A stretch of DNA of 49,280 nt. Origin: an uncultured Clostridium sp. Lineage in GTDB: Bacteria; Bacillota; Clostridia; TANB77; CAG-508. The stretch's first letter is position 1; every line of letters starts with the position of its first letter. A program made the position numbers and the translations under genes. Location of the stretch: contig CANOPF010000003.1 in assembly GCA_947568535.1 (NCBI GenBank), positions 1-49,280 on the forward strand, in the 5' to 3' direction. Shown here piece after piece: positions 29,646 through 39,333 of the stretch. The notes under the pieces are model-generated. The model had not been told where the DNA came from. It saw only the letters and a program-made list of their open reading frames with translations, and did no database searches.

Positions 29646-29982
29646 ATGTACCTCCTATATTTTCATTTTTTCCATTTTTTTCAAGGTTATACATAAATTT
29701 TTCTTTTATTTATCTATATTGTTCGCTCATGATATAGCCATCATACACTACTTTTATATACTCGAAAAAAAATATCTAAGTAATAAATCATTATATAAAT
29801 TTTTTCAAAAAACCTATTGTCATGTTACCTAAAAAAATAAACTTTCATTTTTTACCGATTAACATTGTGAAACATTAACCAATAAATTTTGAAAGTTTAT
29901 CTATTGTCTTATTACTTTTTTATTACTTTACTAAATACTGATTTTTAACTTTTTGTATGACTAAGTCTATGTAGTTTAAGTT

Positions 29983-30102
29983 TTACGCACTCTTTAATTC
30001 TAAGCGTAATTTATCAGCAATCATAGCAATAAATTCTGAATTCGTTGGCTTGCCTTTGGCTGCTGAAATGGTATAGCCAAAGATATTTTCCACTGCTTCT
30101 TG
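29983..30102 (-). pseudogene. spo0A: Displaced original 3' end of spo0A (att junction)
   Basis: Encodes [39 protein letters not shown], identical in protein to the last 39 aa of Spo0A at 36459-36578; no start codon. Confidence 0.92.
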
Positions 30103-30363
30103 TTCTGTTTTGCCCTAATCATTGCTATTTCTTAAATTTCGCAAGCTAATTTTATGTAAAAAATCAAACCCAATGAATTTTTTTTATTCGCTAACACTTA
30201 GTAGGTTTTTATCTATTTTATTTATAGGCTTATTTTATTTCATATTTTACCAAAAGTCAATACCAATAAATGCTATCTTGTCCAAAAACTTTTTAAAAGT
30301 ATTGTTTTTTTTATAATATCATTATATACTATTTCTAATTCCACAATGGAAGGAGGTGGAATT

Positions 30364-30441
30364 ATGGATAATAACCAACTTATAGCCCTTTTAGTAATGC
30401 TAGTAATAGTATTATGCAAAGGCAATTACGACAAAGGCTAG
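30364..30441 (+). CDS. Putative type I toxin (25-aa hydrophobic peptide)
   Basis: MDNNQLIALLVMLVIVLCKGNYDKG; SD AAGGAGGT enclosed in hairpin AATTCCAC/GTGGAATT (30337-30363). Confidence 0.6.
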   Translation: MDNNQLIALLVMLVIVLCKGNYDKG

Positions 30442-30457
30442 TACGTAAGTACATAGC

Positions 30458-30499
30458 AAAAGAAAAACCAGAGTTTTGCATAGTTACTCTGGTTTTTTT
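30458..30499. terminator. Bidirectional terminator of the putative type I TA locus
   Basis: AAAAACCAGAGT...ACTCTGGTTTTT. Confidence 0.75.
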
Positions 30500-30558
30500 A
30501 TGGTGTCCTTACGAACAATCTCCAACTTATAGCTGTTATTACGACTTTCACAGCTGTT
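30458..30558 (-). ncRNA. Putative antisense/antitoxin RNA
   Basis: Minus-strand TTGACA (30593-30588)-N17-TAATAT promoter pointing at the shared terminator; no credible ORF; ATAACAGCT occurs twice. Confidence 0.45.
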
Positions 30559-30720
30559 ATATATATATTACTACATTTCCCCTAAAATGTCAAATAATTT
30601 TTGACCCTTTTTGTGGCACTGGTAAGTTGGCACGAGAACCATAAAATCAAGGAAAATTAATTATTTGGACTTTTGGGCAAAAAAAAATAAGCAATAGATT
30701 TGTTCTATTGCTTTTTATTA

Positions 30721-31767
30721 TTATTTTACACCCTTCCAATAATTATGCTTTTTATAGAAGAATCCGCTTCCTATTGCTATTAAAATTATTGTAAGTATTA
30801 TTTCATATTTTAGTCCAGCTTTTGGCAATATTGTGCTTGCTGTTGTTGGGTCTTGCTTTTGTTCTTCTGTTGTTTGTTTTTGTTGACTTGGTTGTTTCTC
30901 TTGGCTTTGTTTTTGTTGTTCACTTGATTGTTGCCCTTGACTTTGTTGTCCTTCTCCATTTGTTACTACGTATTTTATATTGTTTTTTTGGCAAAATTGC
31001 ATTGCATAAGAATTATTTTCTACATAAAATGTAACATTAGTATTTTTTAATACCCACTCATCTTCTATTGATAATTCACTTTGTATTTCTGTTACACTAC
31101 TTGGAATATGTATTTCTTTTAAATTATTACAATCATTAAAATTGCTTAAATTAATTTTCTTTACACCATTAGAATAGACTATACTTTCCAATTTTATACA
31201 CCCAAAAAATACAAACTCTTTTACTACATTACAAGGTATTTCAACTTGTTTTAAGCTTTTACAATCTCTAAAAGCACTTATTCCTATTGAAATTAAATTA
31301 TCTGGCAATTTAATTTCTGTTATATTTTCACAACCCTCAAAAGCAGAATTTTCTATATATTGTATTGTATTTGGGAGATTTATACTTATTATATCATTTC
31401 TTTTGTAAAAGGCACCTTCTCCAATCGTTGTAACATTTTTCCCTTCAATTGTACTTGGTATATTTACTGTTGTTATTTCTTGTTTTACACCAGTAATAGT
31501 TATTTCATTTCCTACTACTTTATAGTTTAAATTATTAGTAGTATTGCTATTATTTGCATTTCCTTCCATTGTACCATTCATTTGTATATTATTTTCCGTT
31601 CTATTTGCTAGTGCATTGGTATTTGTATTGCTCGTGGTATTAGTATTTGGTGTATTATTTGATGTACCCAATGTCAATTGATTAAACTCATTATTTGCAT
31701 AAGTAATATTGCATAACATCACACATACTACAAATATTATTACAAAAACAACCCTTAATTTTTTCAT
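30721..31767 (-). CDS. BspA-like leucine-rich repeat surface protein, sortase-anchored
   Basis: Signal peptide; IP..V..IG..AF..C..L..I repeats; Gln-rich linker; LPKAG + TM + basic tail. Confidence 0.85.
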   Translation of the reverse strand: MKKLRVVFVIIFVVCVMLCNITYANNEFNQLTLGTSNNTPNTNTTSNTNTNALANRTENNIQMNGTMEGNANNSNTTNNLNYKVVGNEITITGVKQEITTVNIPSTIEGKNVTTIGEGAFYKRNDIISINLPNTIQYIENSAFEGCENITEIKLPDNLISIGISAFRDCKSLKQVEIPCNVVKEFVFFGCIKLESIVYSNGVKKINLSNFNDCNNLKEIHIPSSVTEIQSELSIEDEWVLKNTNVTFYVENNSYAMQFCQKNNIKYVVTNGEGQQSQGQQSSEQQKQSQEKQPSQQKQTTEEQKQDPTTASTILPKAGLKYEIILTIILIAIGSGFFYKKHNYWKGVK

Positions 31768-31886
31768 TTATTTATCCACCTTTCAACTCTATATGTCGAA
31801 TTATATCACAACAAATTTTATTTGTACACACTTTTGTGTACTTATTTTTAATTATTTTTTATGTACAATATGTAATAGGTGATTTT

Positions 31887-32063
31887 ATGGGAAAATTAAG
31901 AATTGAAAAGTCTTCTAAAAGCAATGATACTGTAACGAGAACCATTCGCATAAATGGAGGAACATTTGACAGAATAAACGAGTTAGCTGAAAAAAACGAC
32001 CTTAGTTTTAATAGTGTCGTAAATCAAATTATTGAATATGGTTTGAATAACTTAGAAGATTAG
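31887..32063 (+). CDS. Ribbon-helix-helix DNA-binding protein
   Basis: TVTRTIRI..TFDRINELAEK.DLSFNSVVNQIIEYGL. Confidence 0.7.
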   Translation: MGKLRIEKSSKSNDTVTRTIRINGGTFDRINELAEKNDLSFNSVVNQIIEYGLNNLED

Positions 32064-32100
32064 CAAAAGTAGGGAATATAACCCTACTTTTTGCACTTTG

Positions 32101-32259
32101 TTAATAATTTATATAGTCATAATCTTGTATAAGTTCATAGTTTTGTATCATTCTATCGTCTTCGTTTTCGTCAAAACATTCCTCACAATATCCATTATAG
32201 ATATATTCTTCATTTTCTAACTCTCTGCTACAATATTTACAATAATGTTTTCTGTGCAT
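32101..32259 (-). CDS. Small 52-aa zinc-ribbon protein (not in ORF track)
   Basis: MHRKHYCKYCSRELENEEYIYNGYCEECFDE...; SD GGAGG; two CxxC. Confidence 0.6.
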   Translation of the reverse strand: MHRKHYCKYCSRELENEEYIYNGYCEECFDENEDDRMIQNYELIQDYDYINY

Positions 32260-32715
32260 AAATTCCTCCATAATTATTATTTTACTAACTTATTTTAGGC
32301 ATAATTCCCCTAGAGGGGCTTATATAATAATCTAATTAATATCATAATTAATAACAATATTATTAATTACATTATTATATTGCCGTTAGTTTTTTACAAT
32401 TCCCCGCCCATTGCTTACGTTGACGTGTTTTCTTATACACGAGGGACAACTTGCAACATTTGTACAAGACGAAACTAATGAAAAAGAGTTTGTAATTAAA
32501 TACAGCATACCGCCCTCTTCCTTGCCATAGTGTCTCCCTATGGTCGATATACACCTTTTCCAAGTAACGTATAAGTCCTAATAAAACAGTTGGCACGCAA
32601 AGGATAAAATCCCACTATCTTCGTGCCTTTCTCTGCTATTCTTTGACCTTATTTTCTTTTATATTCTTTATTTTTTCTTCCTTTTCTTTATTTTTATGCC
32701 TAAATATATTACTAT

Positions 32716-32818
32716 TTTAAATTATTATTACTTTAAATTATTATTACTTTAAATTATTATTACTTTAAATTATCATTACTTTAAATTATTATTACTTTAA
32801 ATTATCATTATTTTAAAT
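32716..32818. repeat. Tandem repeat, 6 x 16 bp (TTTAAATTATYATTAC)
   Basis: Copies start at 32716, 32732, 32748, 32764, 32780 and 32796. Confidence 0.9.
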
Positions 32819-32951
32819 AGAATTTATTTCCCTTTTTCTAGTCATGTATCCTTTGCTTTTAATAATTCTATTTTTTGTGTTCACTAACTGCGTTTTCCAG
32901 AACATAGTTATTTTATATAAAATTTCCGCTTCTTTTCCCAAAACTATGCCC

Positions 32952-33197
32952 CTATTTCTTCCAAAAATAAAAATCATCTTTAGTAGGTATTTTATCAATT
33001 TGATTATTCATCATTGCTATTTTTATATATATACTTTCTATTTTTTTATTTAGCCTTTCTTGATTTCTTAATATTTCTAATAATAAATTTCTTTCTTCCA
33101 TATTGCTTTGTAATGGTACTTTTATATTCATTGTTCTAGAAACACTATCTTGTATAATGTCTTGGATTTGTTTATCTAATGATTTCATTTTACGCAT
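32952..33197 (-). CDS. Hypothetical coiled-coil protein of the element
   Basis: ATG overlaps the end of the upstream HTH gene; heptad pattern. Confidence 0.5.
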   Translation of the reverse strand: MRKMKSLDKQIQDIIQDSVSRTMNIKVPLQSNMEERNLLLEILRNQERLNKKIESIYIKIAMMNNQIDKIPTKDDFYFWKK

Positions 33198-33427
33198 AAC
33201 CCTCTGTGTTCTATTTTTCTTAATTGTTCTTTTACTTGTTCTATATAATTTTCTATATAACACAATGCTTGTAATTGTTTGGGTTTTGATAGGTTATATG
33301 TTCCATTGACAAACATATAAATTGTAGTTGGGGTCAATTCAATCGCTCTTGCTAGTTGGGAATAATTTAAACCATATTTTTTACATTCTTTTATTCTCTC
33401 TATTACTTTTTCTTTTTCTAAATTCAT
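33185..33427 (-). CDS. HTH DNA-binding protein (Cro/XRE-like)
   Basis: GLNYSQLARAIELTPTTIYMFVNG; SD AGGAG. Confidence 0.7.
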   Translation of the reverse strand: MNLEKEKVIERIKECKKYGLNYSQLARAIELTPTTIYMFVNGTYNLSKPKQLQALCYIENYIEQVKEQLRKIEHRGLCVK

Positions 33428-33779
33428 TTTTCTTCTCCTATAAAATGTTACAAGTTCTTAACTTGCTCATAACTAATGTATCAATAATATATAGATACTA
33501 TATAAAAAAATTCTTAAATATTTCACTTTTGGCGATTTCACTTATTTATTTTTCTATCCTAATTATATTTCAATTTGTACTAGATTTCAAACATTTATTT
33601 TTTGTTGGCACGCTAGCAAACCGTTTATATTTCCCCTTTTCATTATAAAAGACTACCAACTAAAATTCAAATATTTGAGTTCTTCCGCACCCCAAGTTAT
33701 AATAAAATTACATTGATTACAAATTATTTCTTTCTCATCTCCGCTTCTATTAGTAAATTACTAGTCAATATTTTACCTT

Positions 33780-33990
33780 TAGAATGTATTACTCTATTTT
33801 AGAGTGTGTTGCTCTGCTAATAGAGTTATTTCCTCTGTTGTCAAAGCTTTATTAGAGTAGGGTTTTACCGTTTTTTCTTTTTCCACTAGAGTTGTTTGTT
33901 CTATTTTAGAGGTTTTCACTCTGTAATAGTGTGTTTTCTTCTTGATTTTAGAGTTATTAACTCTTACTTAGAGTTTATAATTCTATAATA
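33780..33990. repeat. Degenerate ~20-bp-period array of TAGAG-N6/7-CTCT palindromic units
   Basis: AGAG cores at 33801, 33822, 33854, 33888, 33908, 33950, 33970 (variants at 33781, 33928). Confidence 0.7.
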
Positions 33991-34055
33991 CTGCGGTTTT
34001 TTGTCTTTTTTGTTACTATTATGTCATAATTTGTAAAAAGAAAGGATTTGATACT

Positions 34056-34274
34056 ATGAAAATTGTTCTTGATACTGCAACTAAACAAGCAGTTTGCCCA
34101 CCTGAATTTTTTGAAAACATAAGGAAAATCAATGATGCTGCCGAACTTACTGAAAGTTCTAAAAATTTAACTAGCGAAGATTACTTGCAAAAAATAATTG
34201 ATGAATGTTCAAAGGTCATTGTCAACAAAAATGATGTAACCAAGAGAAGAGGCTCAAAAAAAAAGCAGAAATGA
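34056..34274 (+). CDS. Hypothetical protein
   Basis: 72-aa ORF with SD AAAGGA and basic tail. Confidence 0.65.
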   Translation: MKIVLDTATKQAVCPPEFFENIRKINDAAELTESSKNLTSEDYLQKIIDECSKVIVNKNDVTKRRGSKKKQK

Positions 34275-34397
34275 AAAACAAACTTGGCACTTTAGTCTTG
34301 GAACCTATTGAAAATAATTAATTGGCTCTATACTAATATTTTAAACATAGATAGGTTACATGCCTATCTTTATTTTATAGCAAAGGAACGTTGTTTT

Positions 34398-34622
34398 ATG
34401 AATTGTAGTGATATTATTAAAAGTTTAAGGGTTCAAAAATTCTATACCCAACAATATGTTGCTGATTTACTAAACATATGTCAAAAAACGTATAGTGATT
34501 ATGAATTGGGTTATACTAGAATACCCATTGAAAGTCTAATTATATTGGCTAAATTCTATGATGTAGATATGAATTATATAACTGGAGCTAGTAACATTTG
34601 TAACACTTACCCTAAAAAATAA
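34398..34622 (+). CDS. XRE-family HTH regulator
   Basis: IKSLR..YTQQYVADLLNICQKTYSDYELG..IP..LA.FY.V. Confidence 0.85.
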   Translation: MNCSDIIKSLRVQKFYTQQYVADLLNICQKTYSDYELGYTRIPIESLIILAKFYDVDMNYITGASNICNTYPKK

Positions 34623-34871
34623 TTACCTTTATAGTATTCCAGTAATTAGCATAAGTAAAAGACTAGAAAAAAGCCCTTATAAACTTTCCTAGTCTTTTTA
34701 ATTGCTTACCTATTACTTAAATAGTTAGCACGAAAAGTCAAATATTTAAAAAATTGAATATCCAATTTTTCGCACGCTTTTTACGTGTTCCTTTACGAGA
34801 AAAGGAAAGAAAATAAAACATAGTCAAATTACTTGAAATTTCCTAGCTCTCGCACTTGCTTTTTTCTCTCC

Positions 34872-35147
34872 CTATTTCTCAATTCTTATATCAATTCCGT
34901 TGTCTAAATAAATTACAAGCATTGAATTGTTCTCGTTTATTTCTATTCTATACACTGAACTTATATCAATATTTATATTAGCAATTTTGTCTTTTATCTT
35001 TAACATGCCATTTTGTATATTATAGTTACATTCGGCATTTTCCATTTTTATTTTTTCTTTTACAATCCCCTCTAATTTAAGTATAACATCTTTATTACTG
35101 AACTTTTGTACATATCCTTCTAATTCATTTTCAAAGACCTTCTTCAT
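34872..35147 (-). CDS. Hypothetical protein
   Basis: 91-aa ORF with SD AAGGTGG. Confidence 0.6.
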   Translation of the reverse strand: MKKVFENELEGYVQKFSNKDVILKLEGIVKEKIKMENAECNYNIQNGMLKIKDKIANINIDISSVYRIEINENNSMLVIYLDNGIDIRIEK

Positions 35148-35262
35148 AGCTTTTCCACCTTTCTTGATTTCTAATATATTTCTATTTTAACATATCGTTT
35201 ATTGTCCAACTATATTTCGTCTTTTCCGCTTCTTCACCTATTCTTTATATTTACCAATTTTT

Positions 35263-36246
35263 CTATGCTCTTTTTAAATTTGCTAATGGCGAATATCTTT
35301 GATATTTTGTTCTTATGTCGTCACTATCTAAATCAAGATATGCCCTTTCTGTTACTGTTACACTTGAATGTCCTAAAATTTTAGATAATGTGTATATATC
35401 TCCCCCACTCATTAAGAACCTTTTAGCAAAATTATTGCGTAACAAGTGAAGGTGTATATTCTTTAGACCAATTCTTTCTCCATATTTCCTAAAATTTGTT
35501 TCATAGTTGCTAATATCCAATTTCTTACCTTTGTGTGTGCAAAAGATATATTCGGACTGTCTGTATCTGTCCTTGTATTGTAGCCAACGTTTTAATTCCT
35601 TTAGCATTTCTGCCGAAAAAAACACATATCTATCCTTTTTTCCTTTTGTGTTTTCTGCTGGTAGCAATATACTTCTTTTTATAAAGTCTATGTCAGTTTC
35701 TTTTATTAATAGTGTTTCGCCAATTCTCATACCAGTGTCAAAAATCAACTGTGCTACTGTGTAATCTCTGTATTCGTGAAACTTTGATAAATCAAAATTT
35801 TTCAATAATTTATTCATATCATTGTCATTCATATACCCAAGTGCTTTTCTTGTATTTTTTATTTCTTTTACTCTTTTTACTGGATTGTTGTTGATATATC
35901 TATTGTCATACATATAATTAAAAAATACTTTGATATTTCTTATATAATTATTTATAGTAGTTTTACTAATTTCTTGTTTGTAATCTTTCCTATTTTGTGG
36001 AAAATTACTTTTTACACTGCTTTGATTTGCTACTACTGTATACTTTCCTCTTTCTTGCAAATACTTAATATATTCCCTTATATGTATCTCTTTTACCTCT
36101 CCTACCTCCTTTATCTTGAATATGTCTTTTAAATACTGTGCGAATAATCTTAGTGTTTGTTCATAACTTGCTAATGTCTTTTTAGCTAAATTCTTGACCT
36201 CACAAAAATTCATAAAATCGTCTACATCATAATCAATTTGTTCCAT
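35263..36246 (-). CDS. Tyrosine recombinase/integrase
   Basis: TGMRIGE, TKGKKDR, HLLRNNFA, LGHSS..T..Y catalytic motifs; N-terminal SAM-like domain. Confidence 0.93.
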   Translation of the reverse strand: MEQIDYDVDDFMNFCEVKNLAKKTLASYEQTLRLFAQYLKDIFKIKEVGEVKEIHIREYIKYLQERGKYTVVANQSSVKSNFPQNRKDYKQEISKTTINNYIRNIKVFFNYMYDNRYINNNPVKRVKEIKNTRKALGYMNDNDMNKLLKNFDLSKFHEYRDYTVAQLIFDTGMRIGETLLIKETDIDFIKRSILLPAENTKGKKDRYVFFSAEMLKELKRWLQYKDRYRQSEYIFCTHKGKKLDISNYETNFRKYGERIGLKNIHLHLLRNNFAKRFLMSGGDIYTLSKILGHSSVTVTERAYLDLDSDDIRTKYQRYSPLANLKRA

Positions 36247-36458
36247 AAAAATAAACCTTCCCTTCTACTAGATTAATATTTATAAATAAAATAAATACTA
36301 ACCCAATAAATGAAAAAGTTTATAGGTTTGCGTTGAAACTATTGATAGGTTTCTTTGCGAATTTTTCACTTAAAATACAAAGGTTTTCTCAACCTTAGTA
36401 GGTTTGCTTCCTTTTTTGCAAGTCTTGCATTCCGCTTCTTGCAACATTCTTACCAATT

Positions 36459-37277
36459 CTATGCTGATTTCAATTCCAATCTTAGCTTATCAGCTATCAT
36501 AGCAATAAACTCGCTATTTGTAGGCTTGCCTTTAGCAGCTGAAATAGTATAACCAAAAATATTTTCTACGGCTTCTTGCTGACCACGTCCCCAAGCCACT
36601 TCTATTGCGTGACGAATCGCACGTTCTACTCTACTTGGTGTAGTATTATACTTTAAGGCAATTTTAGGATATAAACTCTTTGTAATCTGATTAATGACAT
36701 CAATATCATTTACTACCATCATAATTGCTTCTCTTAAATATTGATACCCTTTAATATGTGCTGGTACACCCACTTCATGAATAATATTGGTTACCAAAGC
36801 CTCTAAGTTTTCCTCTTTTTTAGCTTCTTTTTCTGGTAAATCAATAAATTTCTGTCTTGGCTCTCTAGCCATAAAATTAACCCCTGTTTGATTTGGTTTA
36901 AAAAACTTAACTTCTCGAATTCTTTTTATTAATATTTCAATATCAAATGGCTTTACTATGTAATAATCAGCACCTGCTATAATGGCTTTTTGCGTAATCT
37001 TATCTTGCCCAACTGCTGATAGCATAATACAAATTGGTTTTTTATGTATATCTAATAAATTTATCTTTTCTAATACCCCCAATCCATCTAAATGTGGCAT
37101 AATGACATCTAATAGAACAATATCGGGCATAGTGTTAGATATCATATCTACGGCTTCATTTCCATCTTTAGCAATAGCAATTACCTCCATATCTTCCTGA
37201 TTGTTAATATACGTTGCTAATGTATGGCTAAAATCTTGATTATCATCAGCAATTAAAATACTAAGTTTTTCTTTCAT
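36459..37277 (-). CDS. spo0A: Sporulation master regulator Spo0A (3' end supplied by the element)
   Basis: Receiver domain [11 protein letters not shown]; [42 protein letters not shown]. Confidence 0.98.
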   Translation of the reverse strand: MKEKLSILIADDNQDFSHTLATYINNQEDMEVIAIAKDGNEAVDMISNTMPDIVLLDVIMPHLDGLGVLEKINLLDIHKKPICIMLSAVGQDKITQKAIIAGADYYIVKPFDIEILIKRIREVKFFKPNQTGVNFMAREPRQKFIDLPEKEAKKEENLEALVTNIIHEVGVPAHIKGYQYLREAIMMVVNDIDVINQITKSLYPKIALKYNTTPSRVERAIRHAIEVAWGRGQQEAVENIFGYTISAAKGKPTNSEFIAMIADKLRLELKSA

Positions 37278-37400
37278 TTTTCCCTCCTAAACTTTTGTAA
37301 ATTATCATTTCTTTTTACAATTCTTATTATAATCACTTATTCGAGGAAAATCAATACTTACTGGAAATTTCTTCCATAATCCTTTACGAAGATACATTTT

Positions 37401-38030
37401 TCATATACTTTTTATTATATTTTTTTTATTTTCTTGCCTTATCTGTTTTAAAATGACCATTTTTGTTTCAAAATCTTCCAATAACTGTTGTTTTTTCTCC
37501 TCTTCTAACTCTATTTTACAAACAACATACTCACTAAATTCTACATTTGTTATAAAAATATTATGATTTTTGCAATAATATTTAAAAGGTTCAAATTCAC
37601 TATATTCTACGGTAATAAGCATTTCTATCCCTTCACACTTTTCAATCTTATCACATACTTGAATTGCTTTTAATAAACTATCAGAATAAGCACGAACCAA
37701 TCCTCCTGTTCCTAACAAAATTCCTCCAAAATATCGGGTAACAATAACCATTATATTAGCTAAATCATTCTTTTTAAGAATACTTAACATAGGTGCTCCT
37801 GCTGTTCCAGAAGGCTCTCCATCATCACTTGATTTTTCCAACACTTGGCTATTATCTATAATACGATATGCAAAACAATTATGTCTTGCATCATGGTACT
37901 GTTTCTTCATTTCTCTTATTATTTTCTCAGCTTCTTCCACAGAATCTACTGGCATTAGATGCGTAATAAACTTCGACTTTTGCTCAACAATCTCTACTTG
38001 AACTTTTTGTTTAATTGTCTTAAAATCCAT
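37401..38030 (-). CDS. YigZ/IMPACT family protein
   Basis: KSKFI, HNCFAY, SDDGEPSGTAG, RYFGGILLGTGGL.RAY. Confidence 0.92.
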   Translation of the reverse strand: MDFKTIKQKVQVEIVEQKSKFITHLMPVDSVEEAEKIIREMKKQYHDARHNCFAYRIIDNSQVLEKSSDDGEPSGTAGAPMLSILKKNDLANIMVIVTRYFGGILLGTGGLVRAYSDSLLKAIQVCDKIEKCEGIEMLITVEYSEFEPFKYYCKNHNIFITNVEFSEYVVCKIELEEEKKQQLLEDFETKMVILKQIRQENKKNIIKSI

Positions 38031-38067
38031 GATTTCTCCTTCTTATAAAACCAAAATAAAATTATCT

Positions 38068-39333
38068 TTACTTTTCCTTTAATAAACCAGCTGTATATCC
38101 TGTTGAATAGGCAATTTGCAAATTAAACCCACCAGTATAACTATCCACATCAATTAACTCGCCAGCAAAATATAAACCACCAATTTTTTTGGACTGCATT
38201 GTTGCGGGATTGATTTCTTTAATATTTATCCCTCCACTAGTAACAATAGCCTCATCAATGGTTCTAAAATCCTTTATACAAATCACAAAATTCTTTAATA
38301 ATTTTGTTAATTTTTTTCTTTCTTCTCTTTTTATCTCATGAATCGGTTTGTTGGCATCTATCCCACTTTTATCTACCATAATTGGTATCATTTTTTGTGG
38401 TAATAATTTATCTAAACTATTTTTAAATTGCTTATTTTTTATTATTTCAAAATCTCTTAAAATCCTTTCTTCTAACTTCTCCTCGGATAAAGCTGGTTTA
38501 AAATCAATACTTAGACTAATCTTTCGATTTCTTAACTTTTGCTCAATCTGCTTATATCTAACCAAATGTGCAGATGCACTCAAAATAATAGGTCCTGAAA
38601 CACCAAAATGTGTAAATAACATTTCTCCAAAATCTTTATATATTTCCCTTCCTGTTTCCTCATCAAGGAAAGTAACCTTAACATTTTTTAAACTTAATCC
38701 CTGTAATTGCTTACTCATCTCGCTTTCATAACAAACCAAAGGAACTAATGAAGGTTTGATTTCTGTAACAGTATGTCCTAGTAACTTTGCCATTTTATAC
38801 CCATCTCCAGTCGAACCAGTCAAAGGATAACTTTTTCCTCCTGTTGCTAATATGATTTTATTGGCATCTATTGTTCCTCGATTCGTTCTTACCCCTATAA
38901 CGACCTTATCCTCACCTTCTGTTTTTACTAATATTTGCTTAACTTCTGTATCACATCTTACCTCTACTTTTAATTCATTTAATTTTTTCGTAAAACATTG
39001 CAAAACGTCCTTAGATCTATCTGTTACAGGAAATATTCTATTACCTCTTTCCTCTTTTACTTCCAACCCCTGTTCTTTTAAAAATTGTAGAATGTCTTGA
39101 TTCGTATAATTCTGATAACAACTGTACAAAAACCTACCATTTCCAGGGGTATTTTTGATAAATTCAGCCATATCTAAAGAAGATGTAATATTACATCTTC
39201 CTTTTCCTGTAATTAATAATTTTCTACCCAAGGATCTCATTTTTTCCAATAAAATCACTTGATGCCCTTTTTGTTTAGCCGTAATTGCTGCCATCATTCC
39301 AGCTGGTCCACCGCCAATTACTATTACTTTCAT
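38068..39333 (-). CDS. HI0933/BaiN-family flavoprotein
   Basis: IGGGPAGMMAA, GRKLLITGKGRCN, ATGG.SYP.TGSTGDG, TGGFNLQ.A. Confidence 0.92.
   Translation of the reverse strand: MKVIVIGGGPAGMMAAITAKQKGHQVILLEKMRSLGRKLLITGKGRCNITSSLDMAEFIKNTPGNGRFLYSCYQNYTNQDILQFLKEQGLEVKEERGNRIFPVTDRSKDVLQCFTKKLNELKVEVRCDTEVKQILVKTEGEDKVVIGVRTNRGTIDANKIILATGGKSYPLTGSTGDGYKMAKLLGHTVTEIKPSLVPLVCYESEMSKQLQGLSLKNVKVTFLDEETGREIYKDFGEMLFTHFGVSGPIILSASAHLVRYKQIEQKLRNRKISLSIDFKPALSEEKLEERILRDFEIIKNKQFKNSLDKLLPQKMIPIMVDKSGIDANKPIHEIKREERKKLTKLLKNFVICIKDFRTIDEAIVTSGGINIKEINPATMQSKKIGGLYFAGELIDVDSYTGGFNLQIAYSTGYTAGLLKEK

Larger units (their letters stand above)
30095..36578. mobile_element. ~6.5 kb tyrosine-integrase element inserted in the spo0A 3' end
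   Basis: Duplicated spo0A tail; shared 8-bp core GCTTCTTG at 30095-30102 and 36571-36578; integrase next to the junction; HTH/RHH and cargo genes inside. Confidence 0.88.

Noticed and set aside
32375-32596. 73-aa ORF containing an in-frame CGG (32510-32512), a possible counter-example to the CGG rule
   Set aside because: No recognisable homology, atypical composition, and located in a probable non-coding region of a mobile element. Treated as spurious, but worth rechecking.
32716-32818. CRISPR array
   Set aside because: Head-to-tail 16-bp repeats without spacers and no cas genes.
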